A stretch of DNA of 64,000 nucleotides, from contig JAWSUI010000003.1 in NCBI GenBank assembly GCA_033551855.1, forward strand, positions 44,092 through 108,091. The letters are read 5' to 3'. A program made the position numbers and the translations under genes. This stretch comes from Deferrisomatales bacterium (lineage in GTDB: Bacteria; Desulfobacterota; Deferrisomatia; Deferrisomatales; JACRMM01). Of the stretch, positions 1 to 8,147 are shown piece by piece. The notes beneath the pieces were generated by a model. That model worked only from the letters and a program-made list of their open reading frames with translations. It searched no databases and was not told the origin of the DNA. Position 1 is the first letter of the stretch. Each line of letters opens with the position of its first letter.

Positions 1-15
1 CGATTCCCCCGTCCA

Positions 16-579
16 TCAGGTCGTGGATCCCGATGCGCACGGGCGGAAACAGCCGGGAATAGCCGCGCTGGCCAGGAGGGCGTCGGCCGCGGACCCGGAC
101 GTGAGCCGGACCTCCGTTCCACCCAGCAGGTCGGTGGCGATGACCGTGCACGGGATCGTCGCGTCTTCGAGGCGGCGCAACGGCAGGGCGCCTGCGATCA
201 GTCTGCGCAGAGAACCGGGGTCGAGCAGGGCGTCCCGGCCGAACAGGAACCGGTACAGAGCCCGCAGACGCGCCAGGGGAAACACGTCTTCGCGCCGAAC
301 CCGGGCCCACACGGCCTTGAGCCGCTGCACGCCGGCCAAGGTGGGCTCGGCCGCGAAATGGGCCGCGCTGAGGGCGCCCACGGAGGACCCGACCACCAGG
401 CCGGCTCCGACGCCGTGCTCCAGCAGCACCTGGAGCATGCCCACCTGCACGGCTCCGAGGCTGCCTCCCCCGGCCAGGACGAACGCGGTCTTCGTGGGTA
501 TGGACAAGGGCGACTCCCGTAAGACCGGTGATCTACGCGCCGGCGCGCAGGGCGCACCCGGGCGCTTCCGGCACCGCAT
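16..579 (-). CDS. patatin-like phospholipase, 3' end frame-disrupted and cut by the window edge
   Basis: ATG at 577-579. The translation has the GGGSLG oxyanion motif and a GSSVG (GxSxG) nucleophile elbow. The expected FPPV...DGG catalytic-Asp segment appears in a different frame at 1-51. Confidence 0.75.
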   Translation of the reverse strand: MRCRKRPGAPCAPARRSPVLRESPLSIPTKTAFVLAGGGSLGAVQVGMLQVLLEHGVGAGLVVGSSVGALSAAHFAAEPTLAGVQRLKAVWARVRREDVFPLARLRALYRFLFGRDALLDPGSLRRLIAGALPLRRLEDATIPCTVIATDLLGGTEVRLTSGSAADALLASAAIPGCFRPCASGSTT

Positions 580-731
580 CTGCCAAGTAGTCGCACGGCG
601 AACCCATTCGTTTCACCGAACGCCAGGCGCGCGGAAGGGAGTCGGCCGGAGACCGAGAACCGGGAGAACGAAGCCGGGGGGGGAAGCGAAGGAAAACAGG
701 GGGAGACGCCCGCGGCGCGGGGCGAAGGCTC

Positions 732-995
732 TCAGCTCCCCTCGGAGGCGAGTGTCCGCAGGAGCGCGTCCTTTTCCTCGGGGGTCAGGCCGAGAACCTC
801 TCCGGCCTCAGGATGCAGGAGCCGGCCGAGCTCCTCGCGCAGGAGCGCGCGCAGCGACAGGAGCTGCCGTCGGTACTCCGAGCAGCGGGGGCACATCCCC
901 AGGTGCAGCGCCAGAGGCAGCCGCTCCAGGATCTTCAGGGGGGCGTCCAGGCTCTTCGAGACCAATTGGGCCGCCTCGCGGCACCGGAGCATCAT
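732..995 (-). CDS. soluble zinc-binding anti-sigma factor (zf-HC2 / ZAS type), 87 aa
   Basis: Has H-x3-C-x2-C (HLGMCPRC) plus an N-terminal Cys 26 residues before the His. No hydrophobic TM stretch. ATG at 993-995 overlaps the sigma gene stop (ATGA). Confidence 0.7.
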   Translation of the reverse strand: MMLRCREAAQLVSKSLDAPLKILERLPLALHLGMCPRCSEYRRQLLSLRALLREELGRLLHPEAGEVLGLTPEEKDALLRTLASEGS

Positions 996-1609
996 GGGGT
1001 CTCCTTTCCTCCCCCGAACCCGCTCCGCTCGAGACACGCCCGCAGGGCCAGGCGCGCCCGGTGGAGCAGGACCCAGATATTCGTCGGGGTGGTCGCGAAT
1101 TCCTTGCAGAGCTCTTCCGTGGAGAGCCCTTCCAACTCCCGCAGCACGAAGAGACTGGCCCGCCGCGGAGAAAGCCGGCGCAGGCAGAGTTGCAATGCCT
1201 GCCGAAATCGTTTCCGGTCGAGTGCGTCGCCGGGGTCGAAGGGCCAGGGTCCAGGGGGCACCCGCCACCGGCCGCCGCCGTCAAAGAGGTCCTCCTCGGG
1301 GTCTGCCGCCGAGGCTTCCGGGGTCTGCGCGGCGCGCCGGAAGTGGTCGGCGATCTTGTGGCGTAGCACGCCGATCAGCCAGGTCCTCGGGCTCGAGCGC
1401 CCCTCGAAGCCGGCGCCCTTCACGAGGGCCAAGAACGTCTCCTGGACGACGTCGCGTGCGGTCTCCCGGTCCCCCACCCGCGAGAGCGCATAACGGAACA
1501 AATCATCTGCGTGCTCCGCCACCCAGCGCGCCACGTCGGTCCCGCTTGCCGGCTCCACCCTTGCAAGCGCCCCGGATTCCGGGGCGGCCGTCTCCCTTCC
1601 ATCATCCAT
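992..1609 (-). CDS. ECF-type RNA polymerase sigma-70 family factor
   Basis: Sigma region 2 (DVVQETFLAL...) and region 4 (LSPRRASLFVLRELEGLSTEELCKEF) are recognisable. ATG at 1607-1609 chosen; the ORF-track 5' extension looks non-coding. Confidence 0.8.
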   Translation of the reverse strand: MDDGRETAAPESGALARVEPASGTDVARWVAEHADDLFRYALSRVGDRETARDVVQETFLALVKGAGFEGRSSPRTWLIGVLRHKIADHFRRAAQTPEASAADPEEDLFDGGGRWRVPPGPWPFDPGDALDRKRFRQALQLCLRRLSPRRASLFVLRELEGLSTEELCKEFATTPTNIWVLLHRARLALRACLERSGFGGGKETP

Positions 1610-1821
1610 GCGTGCACCGTACAGGACGCGTACCCACGTCGGCAAGTGCCCGGCCACTCGGGAGAGTCCCAGCGCAGGCGCCTTCTCGTGGGACCCGGAA
1701 GGGGGACCGTTCGGCTCGGCGCCGCCCAGGCCGGGCGAGAGGGAACCCTGACCCGGGGGATGTCGAGGCACGGGCGGGACCTGGATTCCCCGCCTGGCCG
1801 GCAAGCGGGGTCCGGGAGCCC

Positions 1822-3918
1822 CTACGTTTCGCCCCGCAATCCGCGGCCATTCGAAGAGGTGTCCCCGCGGACCTCGATACGGCGGGCTTCACCCGTTTGC
1901 GCCGGAAGCGGCCGGTCGGTCGATACGGCACGGGGCGGGTCTTCGGGCCTCCCGGACCCCGGCCCAAGATCAAGGTGCGGGTTCTGGGGAACCCCATCGA
2001 CCCCGCCTTCCTCGAAGAACGACGCCACGTCCTCCCGGCGGCGGGTGCGGGGGAAGGGGGGGAGGCTGTCCAGGAGGAACCGGCCGTAGGACCTCTCGAG
2101 GAGCCGCCGGTCGAGGATCGCCACCACGCCCCGATCGGTGGTGCGGCGGAGGAGCCTCCCCACCCCCTGCCGGAGCGCCATGGCGGCAGCCGGGAGTTGG
2201 TAGGAGGAGAAGGGGGACTCACCCAGGGCCCTGGCCCGCTCGATCCGCGCCTCGACGAGGGGCTCGGTGGGAGTGGCGAACGGGAGCTTGTCGATGATGA
2301 CGGCGGAGAGGGCCTCCCCGGGCACGTCGACCCCTTCCCAGAAGGACTGGGCCCCCAGGAGCACCGAGTGGGTGTCGCGCCGGAAGGCCTCCAGGAGCAC
2401 CTCCCGGGGGGCCTGCCCCTGGACCAGGAGGGGGTAGGGAACCCGTGCGGCAAGGACCTCGGCCACGGCGCGCAGCACCCGGTGAGAGGTGAACAGGCAA
2501 AAGGCCCGGCCGCCCGTGGCCCGGAGCAGGGTGGCGATCTCCTCGGCCGCCGTCTCGGGGAAGGATGGGTTCCCCGGATCGGGCATCCGGGCGGGCACGT
2601 AGAGCAGCCCCTGCCGGGCGAAGTCGAAGGGGCTCGGGACCGCCACCTCCCGGGCGCCCTCCGGAATTCCCAGGCGGGCGGACAGATAGGCGAAGCTCCC
2701 CCCCGCCCGCAGCGTCGCCGAGGTGAGGACCACCGGCAACGGGCCCGAGAAGACCCTCGCCTGCAGGTGGGTGCCGATCTCCACCGGGGCGGCGTGGAGG
2801 GTGGCGGCGCGCCCCCGGGACGCGACCCAGCGCACCTCGCCCGCTTCGGGTTCCGTGGCGAAGCGGGCCAGGTCCTCTCGCAACTCCCGGCTGCGCCGGA
2901 AGAGGGCCTCCCACTCCTGACTCGCCGCCTGCCGCGGTGCCAGGCGGTCGATCCAGTGCGCCAGGGTATCGAGGAGTTCCGCCAGGGCCTCCCGGGCCTC
3001 CCCTTCCAGGGTGCCCCGCAACCGCAGGGGGACCTCGCCCCGCGGGAGGCTCGACCACAGCCTGTCGGAGGCCTCGGCTACAGCAGAGAGCGCCTGGGCC
3101 AGGGGGCCGTCGCTGCCGCCCAGGGCCCCGGCGGCGTCGCGGGTGAAGTCCGCCAAACGGTGGGAGCCCACGCGGGACCCGAAGTATTGGGTCGCAACCG
3201 GCTCCAGGTGGTGCGCCTCGTCGAAGACCACCGCCTCGTAGCGGGGCAGCACTTCCCCCGCCGAGGAGGAGCGCACGGCGAGGTCGGCGAAAAAGAGGTG
3301 GTGGTTGACCACGACCACCTGGGCCCGCTGGGCGGCGCGGCGGTGGGCACCCAGGTGGCACGGTTCCTCCCGGGGGCACTTCGCGCCCCAGCACGTCTCG
3401 GAGGTGGAGCAGATCTCCCGCCAGGGGCCGAAGTCGTCGGGAAGGTCGGCGAGCTCCGCCCGGTCCCCGGTGCGGGTCGCCCCGGCCCACGCCTCGAGGC
3501 GGGCGTACAGACGTGCCTCGGCGGCGAAGCGGAAGAGGGGCTGCGCCCGGAACCTCTCGAAGCGCCGCAGGCACAGGTAGTTCTGGCGTCCCTTGAGGAG
3601 GGCGACGGGAACCGAGCGCCCCAGGGCGGTGGCCAGGAGCGGGACGTCCTTTTGCAGGATCTGGGACTGGAGGGTCTTGGTGGCCGTGCTGACCACGACC
3701 TTCTTCCCCCCCAGGAGTGCCGGCACAAGGTAGGCCAGCGTCTTTCCGGTGCCCGTGCCGGCCTCCGCGAGAAGCACCCCGCCCTCCTGGAGGGTGCCGT
3801 ACACGGCTTGTGCCATGGCCGCCTGCCCGGGCCGGGCCTCGTAGCCCGGCAGACACCGAGCGAGGGGCCCGGCCGGACCGAAAAACCCCTGGACCCCCTC
3901 CCCGCCTCGGCTCGTCAC
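1822..3918 (-). CDS. dinG: DinG/XPD-family ATP-dependent DNA helicase with Fe-S domain
   Basis: Walker A AGTGTGKT, a DEAH box (VFDEAHHLE) and a 4-Cys cluster region (CSTSETCWGAKCPREEPC). Start set at GTG 3916-3918, just before the conserved LPGYEARPGQ. The start is uncertain because the ORF-track extension overlaps the PHP gene. Confidence 0.8.
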   Translation of the reverse strand: MTSRGGEGVQGFFGPAGPLARCLPGYEARPGQAAMAQAVYGTLQEGGVLLAEAGTGTGKTLAYLVPALLGGKKVVVSTATKTLQSQILQKDVPLLATALGRSVPVALLKGRQNYLCLRRFERFRAQPLFRFAAEARLYARLEAWAGATRTGDRAELADLPDDFGPWREICSTSETCWGAKCPREEPCHLGAHRRAAQRAQVVVVNHHLFFADLAVRSSSAGEVLPRYEAVVFDEAHHLEPVATQYFGSRVGSHRLADFTRDAAGALGGSDGPLAQALSAVAEASDRLWSSLPRGEVPLRLRGTLEGEAREALAELLDTLAHWIDRLAPRQAASQEWEALFRRSRELREDLARFATEPEAGEVRWVASRGRAATLHAAPVEIGTHLQARVFSGPLPVVLTSATLRAGGSFAYLSARLGIPEGAREVAVPSPFDFARQGLLYVPARMPDPGNPSFPETAAEEIATLLRATGGRAFCLFTSHRVLRAVAEVLAARVPYPLLVQGQAPREVLLEAFRRDTHSVLLGAQSFWEGVDVPGEALSAVIIDKLPFATPTEPLVEARIERARALGESPFSSYQLPAAAMALRQGVGRLLRRTTDRGVVAILDRRLLERSYGRFLLDSLPPFPRTRRREDVASFFEEGGVDGVPQNPHLDLGPGSGRPEDPPRAVSTDRPLPAQTGEARRIEVRGDTSSNGRGLRGET

Positions 3919-4181
3919 GGGGCCACCGGGGAGTCCCCGGTCCGTGAGGCGGGCCCCGCCGCGCGGAACCCGCCAACCCTCGGGAAAGGGTGCGAGACGC
4001 CAGGAGCACAGCCCCTTGCCGGCACGACCGAGCCGCGGGCCCCGAGGAAGAACCGCGAGGAGCGGCGCGGAAGGCCGCCGGAGCGACTGGGTCTCGAGCA
4101 GCCGCAGATTTCGGGCCGCGGCCCGGGGGCGTCGGGTTTCCCCTGTCGGCTGGGAGGGGCGATGCAGGCCACGGTGACTCC

Positions 4182-4211
4182 TTGTTGCGGCGCGTTCGCG
4201 GCGTCTAGAAT
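4182..4211 (+). promoter_or_regulatory. sigma70-like promoter (TTGTTG-18 nt-TAGAAT) placed for a leaderless PHP transcript
   Basis: The -10 TAGAAT at 4206-4211 ends 8 nt before the ATG at 4220. There is no Shine-Dalgarno in between. Confidence 0.4.
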
Positions 4212-4219
4212 GCCGTCCC

Positions 4220-4966
4220 ATGAAGATTCGAGCGGACCTGCACGTGCACACCGTGGCCAGCGGCCACGCCTTCTCCACTGTGGAAGAGATCGCCCGGGAG
4301 GCAGCCGCGCGGAAGTTGCGTGCGGTGGGGATCTCCGACCACGGCCCGGCCCTGCCCGGAGGTCCCCACATCAACTACTTCCGCGCCCTGCGCTTCCTGC
4401 CCCCCTTCCTCCGCGGGGTTCGCCTCCTCAAGGGGGTGGAGGCGAATCTCCTGGACCGCAAGGGGCGCCTCGACCTGCCCCCGGAGCTCCTGGAGCAGCT
4501 CGACTACGTGATGGTTGGATTTCACGAGGGATGCGGCCTCAAACCTTCCACCACCGCGGGGAACACGGGGGCCCTGGTGGCCGCGATGCAGCGGCCCGGG
4601 GTGCGGGTGCTGACCCACCCGGGAAACCCCGGGTTTCCGGTGGACATCTCCGCGCTGGCCCAGGCGGCCTGCGAGTTGGGGGTCGCCCTGGAGATCAACA
4701 ACTCTTCCTTTGGTCGGTCCCCGACACGCCAGGGGAGCCTGGAGCGCTGTTCCGCCCTCGCGGCGGCGGTGGCACGCGTGGGCGGCCCGATCGCTCTGTC
4801 GTCCGATGCCCACGTGGCCGGCCAGGTCGGAGAGGTGCACGACGCCTGGCGGGTGGCCTCGGCGGCCGGCATCCGCCCCGAACAGGTGGTCAACCGCACC
4901 TACAGCGGTCTCATGCGCTTCCTGGGCCTCGATGCCGAGGACGCGGCGGAGGCCCCGGTCCCCTAG
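4220..4966 (+). CDS. PHP-domain metal-dependent phosphoesterase (YcdX-like)
   Basis: N-terminal DLHVHT motif plus the later SDHG and SDAH histidine/aspartate motifs typical of the PHP fold. Confidence 0.85.
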   Translation: MKIRADLHVHTVASGHAFSTVEEIAREAAARKLRAVGISDHGPALPGGPHINYFRALRFLPPFLRGVRLLKGVEANLLDRKGRLDLPPELLEQLDYVMVGFHEGCGLKPSTTAGNTGALVAAMQRPGVRVLTHPGNPGFPVDISALAQAACELGVALEINNSSFGRSPTRQGSLERCSALAAAVARVGGPIALSSDAHVAGQVGEVHDAWRVASAAGIRPEQVVNRTYSGLMRFLGLDAEDAAEAPVP

Positions 4967-4983
4967 CCACGGGAAGGGGGGCA

Positions 4984-5166
4984 TCAGCCACCGGGGGACT
5001 CCTCCAGGTGGGTCACCCGATCCCACGGGATCTCCAGCATGCCGGTGGGAGAGCGCAGCACCAGCGCCTCCTCGCCCATCTCCACCACGATGCCTCGGTA
5101 CTCCACTCCAGAGGCCGTTACCCGCACCTGCGTACCCCGCAGCCTGCGCCACTCCGTCACGCGCAC
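4984..5166 (-). CDS. small hypothetical protein (60 aa) at the distal end of the T2SS operon
   Basis: GTG start preceded by GGGGAGGGGAG. Coding-like codon usage. No recognisable motif. Confidence 0.4.
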   Translation of the reverse strand: MRVTEWRRLRGTQVRVTASGVEYRGIVVEMGEEALVLRSPTGMLEIPWDRVTHLEESPGG

Positions 5167-5233
5167 CTCCCCTCCCCGGTCGGTTTCCCTTGGGCCCTGC
5201 CAACGGGTGACCGCGGAGCTTCCGCCCGGGCCG

Positions 5234-6157
5234 TCACTCCTCGATCCAGTCCACGAGCTCCACGGTGCGTTGGGCCCGGTCGCGCTGCAGCACCGCTCGG
5301 GCGATCCGCACCACCGGGTTCTGCGCCGCGGCCGGCACGTCCGCCGCCAGGAGGACCCGGAACCGGGCGCTCTCCACTTTCAGGTTCTGGCTCACGGCCG
5401 CGAAGTTCGCGACCCCGGAAAACGCGGCGTGGGTGCGGAGATCCCCAACCCGCTCCGCGTGCTGCTCCCCCAGCTCCTCGTAGAGCAGCTCGGCCTCGTC
5501 CCGCCGGATGGCCTCGTGGAGGCTCAGCAGGACCGGTACCGTCGCGGTGTTGACGTTGATGCCCCTGTCCGACCGGATGTCCACGTGGGGCAGGAGGCCG
5601 TGGAGCACCTCCCACGTGTACCCCTCCACCCGGCCCAAGTCCTCCAGGTGGTCCAAAGGCGCGTTGGGCACGGTGAACTCCGGGTTGATCTCGTAGGGGC
5701 CCTCCTGGTCCTCGTCCATCCAGTCCACAAGGGCGTCCACGAGGTCCGCGGGAGCGGCACCCTCCAGCTCCAGGGCGTCGAGCAGCCGCCGGTAGGCCGC
5801 GACCTGGGTCGGGACGGCCCTGCCGCGAGCATCGACGAGCGACCCCAGGGGAAACCTTCCATCCAGGTCTTCGACCGAGACGGACAGGGTTCCCTCCCCC
5901 AAGGGGACGGGGGGAATCGGCTGACTCCACAGCTCCGCCCGGTGGTCCACCGCGCTCTCTTCGGCATCCGCGAGGAGGAACGCCGAGGCCACCGTGACCC
6001 CGGAGCGCAGCAGCGCGTGGGCCTGCAAGGCATCGCGCAGGTTGACCGAGGACCGGAGCTTCAGCCGCGCCTCCCGCTGGAATTCGACCACCAGCACGGC
6101 CAGGAGGCTGATGAGGAGCACCACGAGAAGGAGCGCCGCCCCGCGCTGCCCCCTCAC
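5234..6157 (-). CDS. gspK: type II secretion minor pseudopilin GspK
   Basis: N-terminal hydrophobic helix (GAALLLVVLLISLLAVL) and a large GspK-like body. GTG start overlaps the gspJ stop (GTGA at 6154-6157). Confidence 0.8.
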   Translation of the reverse strand: MRGQRGAALLLVVLLISLLAVLVVEFQREARLKLRSSVNLRDALQAHALLRSGVTVASAFLLADAEESAVDHRAELWSQPIPPVPLGEGTLSVSVEDLDGRFPLGSLVDARGRAVPTQVAAYRRLLDALELEGAAPADLVDALVDWMDEDQEGPYEINPEFTVPNAPLDHLEDLGRVEGYTWEVLHGLLPHVDIRSDRGINVNTATVPVLLSLHEAIRRDEAELLYEELGEQHAERVGDLRTHAAFSGVANFAAVSQNLKVESARFRVLLAADVPAAAQNPVVRIARAVLQRDRAQRTVELVDWIEE

Positions 6158-6783
6158 GACGGCCCCCTCCGTGCTCGGTAGACGGGGGTCGAGGTGCGGA
6201 GGACCCGCTCCTCCTCGCCCTCCCCCCACGCGATCTCGACCGACACCGCGAGGGGCAGCAGGGGCTCCGCGTCCCGACGGCCGGTGTCCCAGCCGTCCAC
6301 CCAGTCCGTCCCGTCGTAACAGAGGACCTCGAAGCGCGAGACCCCGGGGAGGATCTCGTAGGAGACCCCGCCCTCTTCCGGGTCCCCGTCCAGGTCACGG
6401 GACTCTCGCCGGCGCAGGCGCAGCTGGCCCTCCCGGTCCCGCTCCACGAGGTAGCCCACCTCGGCCTCTCCCCCCGGCAGGGAGCCCGGCAGGGGGCTGA
6501 GCCGCGTGACGAAGGAGAGGGTGGACAGCCCGTCCGGCCCCCGATCCACATGGAAGCCGGTCGCCTGTGCACGGAAGGGGGTGGTCGTGGTGTGGAACGC
6601 CGCAGCGAGCTCGGTCGCCAAACGGTCGAGCACCATCGCGGCGGCGTGGACCTCACGGGTCTGGGCGTTCGACAGGTTCCGGGAGCGGGCGGCTCCCGAG
6701 TACGCGCCCTGGACGAGGCTGAGCACCAACGCCAGCAGCGCCAGCGCCAGGAGCACCTCCAGAAGGGTGAATCCCCGCCTCAA
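6154..6783 (-). CDS. gspJ: type II secretion minor pseudopilin GspJ
   Basis: Prepilin leader RRG|FTLLEVLLALALL. TTG start at 6781-6783 overlaps the gspI stop (TTGA). Confidence 0.75.
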   Translation of the reverse strand: MRRGFTLLEVLLALALLALVLSLVQGAYSGAARSRNLSNAQTREVHAAAMVLDRLATELAAAFHTTTTPFRAQATGFHVDRGPDGLSTLSFVTRLSPLPGSLPGGEAEVGYLVERDREGQLRLRRRESRDLDGDPEEGGVSYEILPGVSRFEVLCYDGTDWVDGWDTGRRDAEPLLPLAVSVEIAWGEGEEERVLRTSTPVYRARRGPS

Positions 6784-7193
6784 CGCTCCCCCTCCACGGC
6801 GTAGTAGACGAGCTCCGTCGAGGCCCGGTCCCCCCGCTCGGGCCAGAAAACGATCAGGCGGACCAGGCGGACACCCTCGAACTCGGTGGTCTCCACCCGC
6901 CTCTCCCAAGCGTAGTCGGGAAACGCCTCCCCGAAGTCACCGTCGTCCTGCCCCAGGTCGGGAAAGCCCTCCACCTCCGTCTCGGTGAGGAGCTCCCGGG
7001 TCAGGAGGGTCGCGGTCATGAGCCGCCGCGCCTGGGCTTCCTGGCGGGCCGCCGAGGTGTGGGCCGAGAGGAGGACCGTGAAGGCGGATCCCAGAATGGC
7101 CAGGGCGAGGAGAAGCTCCAGGAAGCTGAAGCCGCCGCGGAGAAGGCGGGCCCTCGCCCTGCGGCAAGACCTAATCCGGATCCACACGGCCAT
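6780..7193 (-). CDS. gspI: type II secretion minor pseudopilin GspI
   Basis: Prepilin-type N-terminus GG|FSFLELLLALAILG. Size and operon position fit GspI. ATG at 7193 (GTG at 7187 is an alternative). Confidence 0.75.
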   Translation of the reverse strand: MAVWIRIRSCRRARARLLRGGFSFLELLLALAILGSAFTVLLSAHTSAARQEAQARRLMTATLLTRELLTETEVEGFPDLGQDDGDFGEAFPDYAWERRVETTEFEGVRLVRLIVFWPERGDRASTELVYYAVEGER

Positions 7194-7676
7194 CGAAGAT
7201 CCCGACCTGCCCCGGCAGGGAGCGGATCACCACGGTGTAGAGGTTGCCGTCCCCGTCTTCGAGGTAGACCCAGCTGGGGGTCGCGTACCCCTGGGGGAGA
7301 AAATGGGTCAAGGCCCTTCCCCGGCTCACGACGCCCTCCACCGTGGTCTCCACTTCCCGAAAACGAAGGCCCTCGGGAAGGCGAACGAGCCCCGCCGGCA
7401 GGCCGGGGGACGGGAGGTAGTCACGCTCCTCCTCGTCCCACTGCCCCGCCCGATAGGTCTGTTCCTCGAAGTCGTAGATCAGGGCTAGGCTTTTTTTTTG
7501 AACGCGGCTTCTTCGTGGAGAGCCTGGGCTGTGGCGGCGAGACGCCGCAGGGCTTGGTTCTTTTGCCCCTCGCCCAGCCGGGGGAGGCGGGGAAGGAGCA
7601 CCGAGAGCGCCACCGCCAGGATGAGGAGGACGACCGCCAACTCCACCAGGGTGAAGCCGCGGCGCGAGGGGGTCAC
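7171..7676 (-). CDS. gspH: type II secretion pseudopilin GspH, reading frame interrupted at an A9 run (needs a -1 shift, or A10)
   Basis: The N-terminal piece (GFTLVELAVVLLILA) ends FKKKA* at 7485. The C-terminal domain continues in the -1 frame as SLALIYDFEEQTY... down to 7171. GTG start overlaps the gspG stop (GTGA at 7673-7676). Confidence 0.65.
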
Positions 7677-8119
7677 TCCAGATCCCAGTTGGCGATGTCG
7701 GCGAACCTCCCCTCGCCGCCCGGCTCGCCGTCCGCTCCGTAGGAGAGCAGGTCGAAGTCCCCGTGGTTGCCGGGGGAGAGATAGACGTAAGGGTTGCCCC
7801 AGGGGTCCCTCGGGACCACAGACTTCTCCAGATAGCCGCCCGCCCTCCACCGAGTCGGCACCCGGCCGACCGTGGGCTCGCGCACCAGGGCCTCGAGCCC
7901 CTGCTCGGTGTCCGGGTAGAACCCGTTGTCCACCTCGAATTGGCGCAGCGCGTCCTCCAACACCCGGATCTGGATCCGGGCCGCCGTAATCTTGGCATCC
8001 TCGCCTCGACCGAACAGCCGCGGCATCACCAAGCCGGCCAAGAGACCGAGGATCGTCAAGACCACCAGGAGCTCAATGAGGGTGAAGCCGGCATCGCGGC
8101 GACGTCTGTTCACGGGCAT
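7673..8119 (-). CDS. gspG: type II secretion major pseudopilin GspG
   Basis: Canonical leader and helix RRRRDAG|FTLIELLVVLTILGLL. C-terminal GspG-like domain (PWGNPYVY). Confidence 0.92.
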   Translation of the reverse strand: MPVNRRRRDAGFTLIELLVVLTILGLLAGLVMPRLFGRGEDAKITAARIQIRVLEDALRQFEVDNGFYPDTEQGLEALVREPTVGRVPTRWRAGGYLEKSVVPRDPWGNPYVYLSPGNHGDFDLLSYGADGEPGGEGRFADIANWDLE

Positions 8120-8147
8120 TCTCGGGATCGGGAGGAGGGGTGGTGGA

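Noticed and set aside
994-5553. Other very long shadow ORFs: 994-5553, 10698-14342, 25030-27507, 27410-29878, 42292-44508 and 56957-59296, plus many Arg/Pro/Gly-rich ORFs.
   Set aside because: All are antisense or out of frame to genes with strong family signatures. All have a biased low-complexity composition typical of off-frame translation of GC-rich DNA.
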